From NCBI GenBank assembly GCA_964490075.1, contig CAZBBK010000004.1, positions 124,001 through 154,993 of the forward strand: 30,993 nt of DNA, given 5' to 3'. Shown here piece by piece: positions 1-8,673 of the stretch. Both the position numbers and the translations under genes were made by a program. The notes below the pieces were generated by a model. It ran no database searches and was not told where the DNA came from. It worked only from the letters and a program-made list of their open reading frames with translations. Position 1 is the first letter of the stretch. Every line of letters starts with the position of its first letter. The DNA is from an uncultured Gemmatimonadota bacterium. GTDB lineage: Bacteria; GCA-2686955.

Positions 1-429
1 ATAGGGCTTGACCTCGGAGCTGTAGTAGATCAGCGGCCCGGAGAGCGCGAAGAGGCCCACCGCCAAGGGACGGGCCCGGCGCTCGTTGAAGGCGCGCGCG
101 CAGGCGAGAAAGAGCGGCAGCGAGATCAGTCCACAGAGCAGCGGCACCAGGCGCAGCGCCAGGGTGCTCGGCCCGAGGGCCAGCGTGGCGACCTTCTCCA
201 GCAGATAGAAGCCGAAGGGAGAGGTCTTGCCGAACTCGAGGCTGGCGGGATGGAGGAAGTCCGCGAAGGAGCGATCGAGGACGCTTCCGACGACCCAGGA
301 TTCGTCCAGCCACAGCGCCCGATCGATCAGGAACTGAAGCAGTCTCAGGAGCGCGCCGGCGGCCAGCAGCCAGAGCGTGACTCGTTGGGCCACACCGATG
401 TCCCCGCGCGTGTCGAAGATGGTGCGCAT
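1..429 (-). CDS. GT-C fold (GT39/ArnT-like) membrane glycosyltransferase, 5' part; runs off the window
   Basis: Manual translation from ATG 429: MRTIFDTRG...LLRLLQFLIDRALWLDESW...SPFGFYLLEK...ALRLVPLLCGL...LFALSGPLIYYSSEVKPY. It has LWLDE after TM1 and a YYSSEVKxY motif. Not in the ORF track because it has no stop in the window. Confidence 0.8.
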   Translation of the reverse strand, partial: MRTIFDTRGDIGVAQRVTLWLLAAGALLRLLQFLIDRALWLDESWVVGSVLDRSFADFLHPASLEFGKTSPFGFYLLEKVATLALGPSTLALRLVPLLCGLISLPLFLACARAFNERRARPLAVGLFALSGPLIYYSSEVKPY

Positions 430-470
430 CGGTCGAACGCTATCATGGCGGGGGGGGCGGAAACTCCCCC

Positions 471-499
471 TTGACCACCCCGAAACGCGGGATCACACT
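471..499 (+). promoter_or_regulatory. Putative sigma70 promoter for the beta-helix gene
   Basis: TTGACC (471-476), 17-bp spacer, CACACT (494-499); GGAGG RBS at 532-536 and ATG at 542. Confidence 0.45.
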
Positions 500-541
500 C
501 CAGGCAAGAAGCAGAGCGAAACCCACTTCCCGGAGGGAATC

Positions 542-2222
542 ATGAAGTACCATCGCTCGTCGCTCGTCGCTCGTCGCGCTAGCGCTGTGGGCGGCTCCGG
601 CCTTGGCGACCGAAATCTACGTGTGTGAGGACTGCGTCGCGTGCGGGTTTACGCCGTGCTACGAGACGGTGCAGGCGGCGGTGGATGCAGCCGGCCATGG
701 CGATGAGCTCGTGGTCTACCGGGGTACCTATGAAGACCAGCACGTGGTGATCAAGCCGAAGGCCGCCGATCAGTTCCACCTGACAATCCGAGGCGAAGAC
801 TCCGCGTTCCGTGCCCGACTCCGCTGGGGCGGCCCGGTCGGGCAGCCGCAGGATACCGAAGAGCAGGCGGTGGTCGAGATCCACAACGAGAAGGGTACGC
901 CTGATGTCTGCTGCGATATGCAGATCACGCTGCAAGACCTCGACATCGTGGCCACCAACTCCTTCACCAGCGCGTTGGCCGTGATCAGCTCGGTCGAGGA
1001 CGAGGACCAGGAGTGCAACACCGGGATCTTCCTCTACGGCAACTTGTTCAAGGCGCGCCGCAGCGGGCCCTTCCACGCCGGTGGAGGGGCGGTCTGGATC
1101 GGTCGAAGACCGGTCCACGGCGGTATCTGCGATGCGACGAACTTCGGCGAATGCCTGGTGAACCAGTCGCCCAAATGGGGCATCATCCGCGACAACGACT
1201 TCGTTACCCTGGCGCCAACGGTGCTGCCACCTCCCCCCTCGCTCTCCGACGCGATGTCGGCCTATCATTTCTTCGGGCTGATCGAGGGCAATCGGTTCAC
1301 CAGCACCGGCGAAGGTCTCCACCTGGGCTACTGCACGCTCGATGGCTCCCCACTCACCTGTGTCGACACGGGGGCGATCGGTGCGCTCGATCGCACGTGC
1401 GTACGTCACAACCTCTTCTACTGCAACGAGCAGAACGGCATCCACGTGACCCACGGCACGGTCGCCAAGGTCAACAACAACATCTTCGCCGGCACCTGGT
1501 TCCAGGAGAACGGTGCGGCGACCGGCATCGAGATCGGGCCGATGGCGGCCAGCATCGTGGCGGGTTGCGCCAGCGACACTTGCGATCCGGAGTTCAACAA
1601 CGGCGGGCTGCCTCCGGTTGCGGCGCAGGTGATGTTCAACACCGTCGACCGCAACGAAGGGCACGGGATCGGGATCGATGCGAGCGCCAATCTGAGCGCG
1701 CTGGTGGGAAATATCGTCTCCAGATGCGAGGAGCTGCCGCCGAAGTCCGATGGCGACGAATCGGTCGGGATCATCGTCCACAAGGGGACGTTCGATCCTC
1801 TGAAGGTGTACCCCGACTACAACGTGCTCTGGGAGAACTGGACCGATGCCGGGGCTCGTTCCGATTACGATCCGGCGGGGGTGTGGCCGGTGGGGCTCGA
1901 GGGGGTCCATGATCGGACGCATGAGGACCCAAAAGGAACGAATCCGCATTTCGAGGGGGAGCGGTCGGGGACGAATGTGTATAGTTATCTGTTGCAGAGT
2001 ACCGGCAGTGCGATCTGTGGCAAGGATCTGGGTGACTTTGATTCGCGGGCGATCGATCTGGCGCCCCAGGGATTCGATGACAGTGCATCGCCACCGGGGC
2101 AGGGACAGAGCGCTGGAGACGCAGGTGCCTACGGCGGCCCCGACAACATCTGGGTGAATAGCGATGCCAACAACTGCCCCTTGGAGTTTGGCCTCCCGCT
2201 CTTTGCCGAATGTGCGCAGTAG
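542..2222 (+). CDS. Secreted Cys-rich right-handed parallel beta-helix (pectin-lyase-like) protein; the ATG 542 start is frameshifted relative to the main ORF 603-2222
   Basis: YETVQAAVDAAGHGDELVVYRGTY cap motif, repeated IxxNxF/NxxxGI turns, C-terminal DAGAYGG, about 19 Cys. The RBS-linked ATG 542 is out of frame because of the repeat at 553-577. Confidence 0.75.
553..577 (+). repeat. Heptanucleotide tandem repeat (TCGCTCG) x3 plus TCGC within signal-peptide codons
   Basis: Read directly: tcgctcg tcgctcg tcgctcg tcgc. Confidence 0.95.
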
Positions 2223-2224
2223 AG

Positions 2225-3988
2225 ATGAGGCGCGCCAGCCTGGGTCTTGGAATGGTGATCGTGTTCTGCTCAGTGGGTTGGGGCATCGAGGAGAATGAAG
2301 GTTGGCCCGTAGAGTGGGCGAGTGGTGGCACCGCACCGGTTGTCGTTGATTTCGAAGGGGACGGTGATCTAGAGGTGGTGGCTGGGACCTTCGGCCCTCG
2401 GGAGCTTCGCGCCTGGGACGCGTATGGTCTGCTGCTCGACGGCTGGCCGGTTCCACTGCGATGGCGAGTCGAAGGCGCCCTGGGTGCGACCGACATCGAC
2501 AACGATGGCCAGATCGACGTCATGGTCACAACCGCTTCGGGGAACTCCGACACTTCCTTCGTGCACGCCATTCGTCGTGATGGATCGGAGGCTACGGGCT
2601 GGCCGGTCCTTCTCATGAAAGGTGTTTACGCCGCTCATACGAACTTCGACCTCGACGCCGACGGCCAGATCGAGACGATCCAGCCGTTGATGATCGATCT
2701 GAGCCAGGGCGAGCTGCGGATCTTGTGCTCTGACGGCCGCGATGCCCCCGGTTCGCCTATGCAAATCGGCCGAGCCCTCTGGTCCAGCGCCGCCGTCGGC
2801 GATGTTGATCTGGATGGCGATATGGAGTTCTTCTTCGGCGCCTACCAATATCCGCTCGATCCGATCGGTTGGGTCTACGGCTACCATCACGACGGCACCC
2901 CGGTGATCGGCAGCGACGGCGTGTTCGTCGAGATCGGCAGCGCCGTCGTTCCGCCGATCTCATTGGTCGATCTGGCGGGAGATCAACGCCCAGAGGTGAT
3001 CGTTGCGGACTACTTGGGCAGGATACAAGTCTGGGACGCGAGCGGGCAGCGAGTTCCTGGGTGGCCGCGCGCAAACATGGGCGCCATCGCCACGATCCCT
3101 GTCGTCATGGGCTCCAGTGAAGGCAAGGCGACCGCCCTGTGGACCTCGACGCGCGCAGGCCAGGTCTACATCCGTGACGCCGCGGGCGAGCTGCTCCCCG
3201 GCTGGCCCTGGACCTGCTCCTGGGACATCAAGTCCCAACCCCTGGTCGCCGACCTCGACGGAGACCGCGCCCCCGAGGCCTTCATCGGCGGCTGCGCCCC
3301 CTACAACTGGGCCCTGAACCACGACGGCACGGTGGTCGAGGGGTGGCCGGTTCACACCGACGCCAACGACTTCGGCACCGGCTACATCACCGACCTCGAC
3401 CAGGACGGCGACACCGACATCGTGTTCCAGGGCTACAACAGCATGATCCACGTCTACGACGCCCAGGGTGTCTACGACGTCGACCGCGTGATCTGCCCCG
3501 CCTACCAGTACGACAACTGGCACACCGGCTCGTACGAGAAAGACCTCTACCGCGAGGCGGAGTCGGCCAATGCGCTGGGCGGCTGGGTGGTACGCAGCGA
3601 TACCACGGCCTGGGGGCACGCCTACCTGGCGCGGGACGAGAGCGCGCGGCCGGTCGAGGCCGGCCCGGATGCCGCCGAGTCCGGCAGGCTCTTCTTCCGC
3701 ACCGAGACCCCCGTCTGGCGCCGCTACACGCTCTGGATCCGTCTGCGGCGCACCAGGGGCGAGGCCCCCTGGCCGCGCGTCACCATCGACGACCGTTCGC
3801 TGAACGGGAAGGGCGGCACCGCCCCTTCCCCGGGCGAGTGGATCTGGTACCGAGTCGGCCGGCGCCCCCTGGTGGCCGGGATCCACGAGCTGCGTATCGC
3901 GGCCTCACCGGCGCTGGAGATCGATCGCTGGCTCCTGACCACCCGCGAGAGCTTTCCGCTGCTGGAGGAGCGTCCGCACGGGTGGTGA
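2225..3988 (+). CDS. Secreted FG-GAP/VCBS-repeat beta-propeller protein with a C-terminal CBM-like domain
   Basis: Signal peptide; repeated DxDxDGxxE/D Ca-binding motifs (DFEGDGDLE, DIDNDGQID, DVDLDGDME, DLDGDRAPE, DLDQDGDTD) alternating with GWP; YREAES...GIHELRI...IDRWLLT beta-sandwich tail. Confidence 0.85.
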   Translation: MRRASLGLGMVIVFCSVGWGIEENEGWPVEWASGGTAPVVVDFEGDGDLEVVAGTFGPRELRAWDAYGLLLDGWPVPLRWRVEGALGATDIDNDGQIDVMVTTASGNSDTSFVHAIRRDGSEATGWPVLLMKGVYAAHTNFDLDADGQIETIQPLMIDLSQGELRILCSDGRDAPGSPMQIGRALWSSAAVGDVDLDGDMEFFFGAYQYPLDPIGWVYGYHHDGTPVIGSDGVFVEIGSAVVPPISLVDLAGDQRPEVIVADYLGRIQVWDASGQRVPGWPRANMGAIATIPVVMGSSEGKATALWTSTRAGQVYIRDAAGELLPGWPWTCSWDIKSQPLVADLDGDRAPEAFIGGCAPYNWALNHDGTVVEGWPVHTDANDFGTGYITDLDQDGDTDIVFQGYNSMIHVYDAQGVYDVDRVICPAYQYDNWHTGSYEKDLYREAESANALGGWVVRSDTTAWGHAYLARDESARPVEAGPDAAESGRLFFRTETPVWRRYTLWIRLRRTRGEAPWPRVTIDDRSLNGKGGTAPSPGEWIWYRVGRRPLVAGIHELRIAASPALEIDRWLLTTRESFPLLEERPHGW

Positions 3989-4327
3989 AGGCGCGGATCG
4001 GTTTTTGAACCGACTCAGGGGCCGAAAATGGCCAAGTAGCGACCAAAATCGCCGACTGGGGCGAGTCAGAAGCCCGAAACGACCGCTGAGAGGTCCAAAT
4101 CGCCTCCTGAGGGGGCTCAGCCCTGCGAGATGACCGCTGGACCTCTGCTCGAGGATTCCCCGGGGCATCGGGCGCGCCACGCGCATACGTGGGCAGAGGA
4201 AAACAAAACCGGCCCGGTCGTGCGTCAGGGCTGGACAAACACCCCCGCGATGGGGCGAGCAATACCGCTGTGGTACCCTGAAACGTTCGATCAACCACCC
4301 GGGGGACGGCGAGTGCAGATCAAATCG

Positions 4328-5164
4328 ATGTCCGGTGTAAGCTCGACCGGCCGATCTGCGGTGGCCCACACGGCACGGCGCAAGACCATCCGCTTCTGGA
4401 ACGAGCTGGGGCGGCGCTTTCCGCGCTCCTTTTTCGGCTCGCCGACGACCCGCTTCTACCTCTCCGAAGAGCAGCGCCTGATCGAACAACATGCCGGCGA
4501 CCTGCGCGGCAAGCGGGTTCTCAAGCTCGACCTGTGGAACGAGGCGCAGAACACCGAGGTGCTCTTCTGGATGATGCGCCAGGGGGCCCGCTGCGCCGGA
4601 GTCGACATCGCCGGCACCACCGCGCGCAAGGCCCGTGACCGCGGCCGCGAGCACCGCCTGGCGCTCGACGTGGCGGTGGCGGATGCGGTCTCGCTGCCCT
4701 TCGCGCCGGCCTCGTTCGACCTGGTCTACACCATGGGGACCCTGGAGCATATCGAGCACCCGGAGCCGGCGATCGCGGAGCTGGCGCGGGTGCTGCGCGA
4801 CGAGGGCGTGGCCTTGATCGGAGTCCCGAACCGCCGCGACCCCTTCCTCTTCGCGCTGGCATCGCGACTGGCGCAGGCGCTGGGACGCTACCCCTACGGC
4901 TACGAGCGCTGGTACACCAGCGCCGAGCTGCGCGAGCTGGTCGAGGGCGGCGAACTGCGGGTCAGCGCACGCGACACCATCCTCTTCCTGCCCTGGTTCC
5001 TGCGCGCCGCGGACATCTACCTCTGGATCTCCCGGCCCTGGCTCTCCAGGCCGATCGCGGTGCTGGTGCAGCCTTTCCGCTGGGCGGCCCGGCTGCGCGC
5101 CTGCTCGCGCCGGCTCGGCTACCTGACCGTCTGCGTGGCGCGAAAGGGGGGACGGCGCGCGTGA
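4328..5164 (+). CDS. Class I SAM-dependent methyltransferase
   Basis: GVDIA, VADAVSLPFAPASFDLVYTMGTLEH, ELARVLR...GVPN. Start uncertain (ATG 4328 or GTG 4361). Confidence 0.85.
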   Translation: MSGVSSTGRSAVAHTARRKTIRFWNELGRRFPRSFFGSPTTRFYLSEEQRLIEQHAGDLRGKRVLKLDLWNEAQNTEVLFWMMRQGARCAGVDIAGTTARKARDRGREHRLALDVAVADAVSLPFAPASFDLVYTMGTLEHIEHPEPAIAELARVLRDEGVALIGVPNRRDPFLFALASRLAQALGRYPYGYERWYTSAELRELVEGGELRVSARDTILFLPWFLRAADIYLWISRPWLSRPIAVLVQPFRWAARLRACSRRLGYLTVCVARKGGRRA

Positions 5165-8100
5165 GGGGTCCGAAGCTGACCCAGGCCCTCGTGTTGCTCG
5201 GCGTCGCGCTCTTTGCCGGGGTGCTGCTCTTCGTGCGCCCCGCCGACGAGTCTCTGAGCCCGCACGAGTTCGACGAGTCGTACTACGCCCTGCTCTCGCT
5301 GAGGCTGGCCGACGCGGAGACCTCGTGGCTGCTGCCGCGCCATCGCGGCGGAGCGCCGGCCGCAGACAAGCCGCCGCTCTTCGCCTGGATCCAGGCGACC
5401 TCGATCCGCATCGCCGGCTTCAACGTGGCGGCGCTGCGAGTGCCCTCGGCGCTGGCGGCCTGGGGCGCGATTCTGATCTGCTCTCTGGCGGCGATGCGCA
5501 TCGCCGGCGCCGACGCGGGGCTCTGCGCCGGGCTGATCCTGGCCTCGACGCCGCAGCTCTACACGCCGCACGGCGTCTGGTACGGCGTGCTCGAGGGCGG
5601 CGCGCTGCTGTTGACGACGGCGATCCTCGCCCAGTCGCTGGCCATCCTCCGGCGCATCGAGCCACCCGAGACGAGCGACGATTCGACGCCGCCGAGCGCG
5701 GGACCGACGGCCGCGCAGGGGATGGCGCTCGGCGCGTTGCTGGGGCTCCTGGCGATGTTCAAGAGCGGGCTGGTGATTCTGCCGGTGGCGGTGCTGCTGG
5801 GCTGGGCGGCGCTACGTCGCGGCCGCGAAGCGGAGGCTCTGGTGCGCGGCTCCGGCGGCGTCGTGGCGGCGGCGCTCCTGGTGTCGGTCCCCTGGTACGG
5901 GTTCGCCCTGGCGGCGGGGGAGGGCCAGTATCTGAGCGGGATCTGGGGAGTCGAAGTGCTGGGGCGAGTGGCCGGGATCGACACCATGTCGCCGCGCCCC
6001 CTCCACTACATGCCGGAGCGGATCTTCGCCGGCCTCGGCGTCTGGTCCTGGCCGGCGCTGGTGCTGGTGCCCTGGGGCCTGTGGACGGCGCCGCGGACCA
6101 TGCGCCGGCCCCTAGCCTTCGCCGGGCTGTGGGCCGCCGCGACCGTGCTGCTCTTCAGCCTGAGCCGCACCCAGTGGCCCTGGTACGGGATTCCGACCTA
6201 CCCCGCGCTGGCGATCGTCATGGGCGTGGCGCTGGCGCGGGCGGCGCGCCGGCCGCGGGGACGTCGGGTGGCGGTCGCCGCGGGGATCGCGCTCGCGATC
6301 GGATTCGGTTTCGAGAACGTCGACCTGGCGACGGGGGCATTCGGGAGGATCGGCCGCCCGGAGCTCGACGGGCTCTCGATCGCGGTGCAGCCGCCGCGCT
6401 GGCTGGCGGATGCCGCGCCCGGAGCCAGAGCCGGCGGGGTGGCGGCGCTCGGGGCGATCGCGCTGGCGGTGGCGCTCGGGGTGCGCCTCGGCGAGCGGCG
6501 GCGGCGGCGGTTCTGGAGCATGGCCCCCCTGGGCGTGGTCGCCGCGCTGGCGGCGGTATCGGGGCTGCGCGTGGCCGGGGCGGCGCGGAGGATCGACACC
6601 GCGCAGACGGAATCGCTCGGATCGGCGTTCTTCTCTCGGGCACAGGGGGTCTGGGATTTCAGCGACCAGCGGCTCCCCGAGATTCCCGAATGGTGGCGCG
6701 TCGAGCTGGAGCTGCTCGAGTCGCGGCGGCCGCGGGCGGCCGTCCCGGTCCACCTCGAGGTGCAGGTTCCGAGACCCGAGCAGGCGACCTGGACTCCCTT
6801 TTTCGCCGCCACCGGGCTGTGGTTTCACGGCGTCGAGGCTCCGGTTCTGGATGGCGCACGAGTCGCCGTCGAGGTATTCGATCTGCGACCGGGTTGGACG
6901 GCGGAGCCCTCGTGGCACAGAACCGAGCTCGTGCCGGTGGGTGGCGGGCGCTTCGAGGGTCGCATCGAGACTCGGCTCGGAAAGGGAGAAGCGCTGCGCT
7001 ACCGCTTCGTCCACAGCCCCGACGGAGGCGAGACCTGGCTTCCCGAGCTGGGCGGCTGCGTCCGCACGCTGCGTCATGACGCGGGTGGGACCGAGGTCGA
7101 GCTGGTCTTGCAGCACCAGTTCGGGGCGCCCTTGGTGCCCTCGGCCGCATCGCCCTGGATCGCTGGGCTCAGTTGCCGGGAAGTCGGCGCGCGCCAGTAC
7201 TCCCGCGAGGCGGCGGAGACCGAGCTCCCGCGCTGGCGGGAACGGGATGCTCGGCGCTCGATCGCCCAGGTCGCCGTGCCCCCGCCCCACCAGATCAGGA
7301 GGCTCTTCGCCGCGCTCGATTCGCCCGACGTGCCGCAAAAGGAGGCCGCCACGGACGCGCTGGAGGCGAGCGCCAGGTCCGAGGACCAGGGCTGCGCGAT
7401 GAGAGAGATGCTCGAGCATGCGGTGACCGGCGACGCCGTCACCCGCGCGCTCGCGGCGGCGGTGGTGCTGGGGCGCTTGGGGCCTCTGGGACGGGATGCC
7501 ATCGAGCGCCTGGTCGACGTGATCGGTGATCGGCGCCCCGGCATGACGCTGGCGTCGCTCTGGGCGCTGGAGCAGATCGGGTGGGATCCGGGCGATCATC
7601 TCGCAGGACTCCTGCCGGTGGTGAGCCACGGCGGCGGCAGCGACTCCCGCCCTCTGCTGATCGCCCTCGACCGGGCTCTGCAGGCCGACGACCGGCGGCC
7701 GGGCTCCCGGGCCGAGGCCGTCGAGGCGATCGTGGCGCTGCTCGATCGCTACGAAGAGCGGAGCATCCCCACGGCTGCCTGGGTCCTCGGCCGCCTGGGG
7801 AACGACGCCGAGCCGGCGCTCGCAGCTCTGCTGGATTGCCTGCGGATCTCGGACTGGCCCACCGCGGTCTACTGCGCCCACGCGATCCACGCCATCGCCC
7901 CCCAGCGGGCGGTGTCGATTTTCAGCGACCTGGTCGAGGATCTGAATGCGCCGATCCGCGATCGGGTGAACGCGGTTCGCGCCCTGGGCTTGCTCGGGAG
8001 AGATGCGATGCCGGCCCTTCCGGTGCTGCTCGCCGCCGTGGTGGCACCGCAGCCGGAGCTCGAAGAGGCCGCCGCCAGGGCATGCGGAAGGCTCGGCCCG

Positions 8101-8673
8101 CGCGCGACCCGGCGGCTGCGGGCGCTTGCGCGGACCAGCGCGCTTCGGGTCTCCGCCCACCTGGTGAGCGTCCTCGACGCTCGGGGCGCTTTCGAAGCCG
8201 GCGATGCCGACGTGCTCGAGACGATTCTGCGGCAGGGTGACGATGCCGCGCGCGCCGCGGCGGCCCGAGCGCTGGGGGGGCTGCGCTCGGCCGCGGCCGG
8301 CGCGGTGCCGGAGCTGGCGCGCACGCTGGAGCAGGCGGACGATCCGGCGCTGCGCCGGGCGGCGACCGAGGCCTTGGGGCGGATCGGGTCGGTCGAAGCG
8401 CTCCCGGCCCTGCTCGCGGTGCTGTCGCGCCGAGCTCTGGAGGCGCCGGCCGGGGCCAAGGACTTCGAGGCGCTGCGCGACTCCGACCGCTTGCTGCGGG
8501 TGGAGGCCGCCCGGGCCTGTGCCGCCCTGGGCACCGGAGCCGAGGCGGCGCTGCCGCACCTGGAAGCGATGCTGCACGACCGCAGCGCCGAGGTGCGGCG
8601 GGCGGCCGCGGGCGCGCTGCGCCGGGTTCGGGACCAAGCGCTCGCAGCACCATCGGCGGCAACGCGCTCGTGA
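5161..8673 (+). CDS. ArnT/GT39-like membrane glycosyltransferase fused to a C-terminal HEAT (PBS lyase-like) repeat region
   Basis: FDESYY and DKPPLFAW motifs, multiple TM segments, YGIPTYPALA; C-terminal repeats such as RRAATEALGRIGSVEALPALL and LEAMLHDRSAEVRRAAAGAL. GTGA overlap with the upstream gene. Confidence 0.8.
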   Translation: MRGPKLTQALVLLGVALFAGVLLFVRPADESLSPHEFDESYYALLSLRLADAETSWLLPRHRGGAPAADKPPLFAWIQATSIRIAGFNVAALRVPSALAAWGAILICSLAAMRIAGADAGLCAGLILASTPQLYTPHGVWYGVLEGGALLLTTAILAQSLAILRRIEPPETSDDSTPPSAGPTAAQGMALGALLGLLAMFKSGLVILPVAVLLGWAALRRGREAEALVRGSGGVVAAALLVSVPWYGFALAAGEGQYLSGIWGVEVLGRVAGIDTMSPRPLHYMPERIFAGLGVWSWPALVLVPWGLWTAPRTMRRPLAFAGLWAAATVLLFSLSRTQWPWYGIPTYPALAIVMGVALARAARRPRGRRVAVAAGIALAIGFGFENVDLATGAFGRIGRPELDGLSIAVQPPRWLADAAPGARAGGVAALGAIALAVALGVRLGERRRRRFWSMAPLGVVAALAAVSGLRVAGAARRIDTAQTESLGSAFFSRAQGVWDFSDQRLPEIPEWWRVELELLESRRPRAAVPVHLEVQVPRPEQATWTPFFAATGLWFHGVEAPVLDGARVAVEVFDLRPGWTAEPSWHRTELVPVGGGRFEGRIETRLGKGEALRYRFVHSPDGGETWLPELGGCVRTLRHDAGGTEVELVLQHQFGAPLVPSAASPWIAGLSCREVGARQYSREAAETELPRWRERDARRSIAQVAVPPPHQIRRLFAALDSPDVPQKEAATDALEASARSEDQGCAMREMLEHAVTGDAVTRALAAAVVLGRLGPLGRDAIERLVDVIGDRRPGMTLASLWALEQIGWDPGDHLAGLLPVVSHGGGSDSRPLLIALDRALQADDRRPGSRAEAVEAIVALLDRYEERSIPTAAWVLGRLGNDAEPALAALLDCLRISDWPTAVYCAHAIHAIAPQRAVSIFSDLVEDLNAPIRDRVNAVRALGLLGRDAMPALPVLLAAVVAPQPELEEAAARACGRLGPRATRRLRALARTSALRVSAHLVSVLDARGAFEAGDADVLETILRQGDDAARAAAARALGGLRSAAAGAVPELARTLEQADDPALRRAATEALGRIGSVEALPALLAVLSRRALEAPAGAKDFEALRDSDRLLRVEAARACAALGTGAEAALPHLEAMLHDRSAEVRRAAAGALRRVRDQALAAPSAATRS

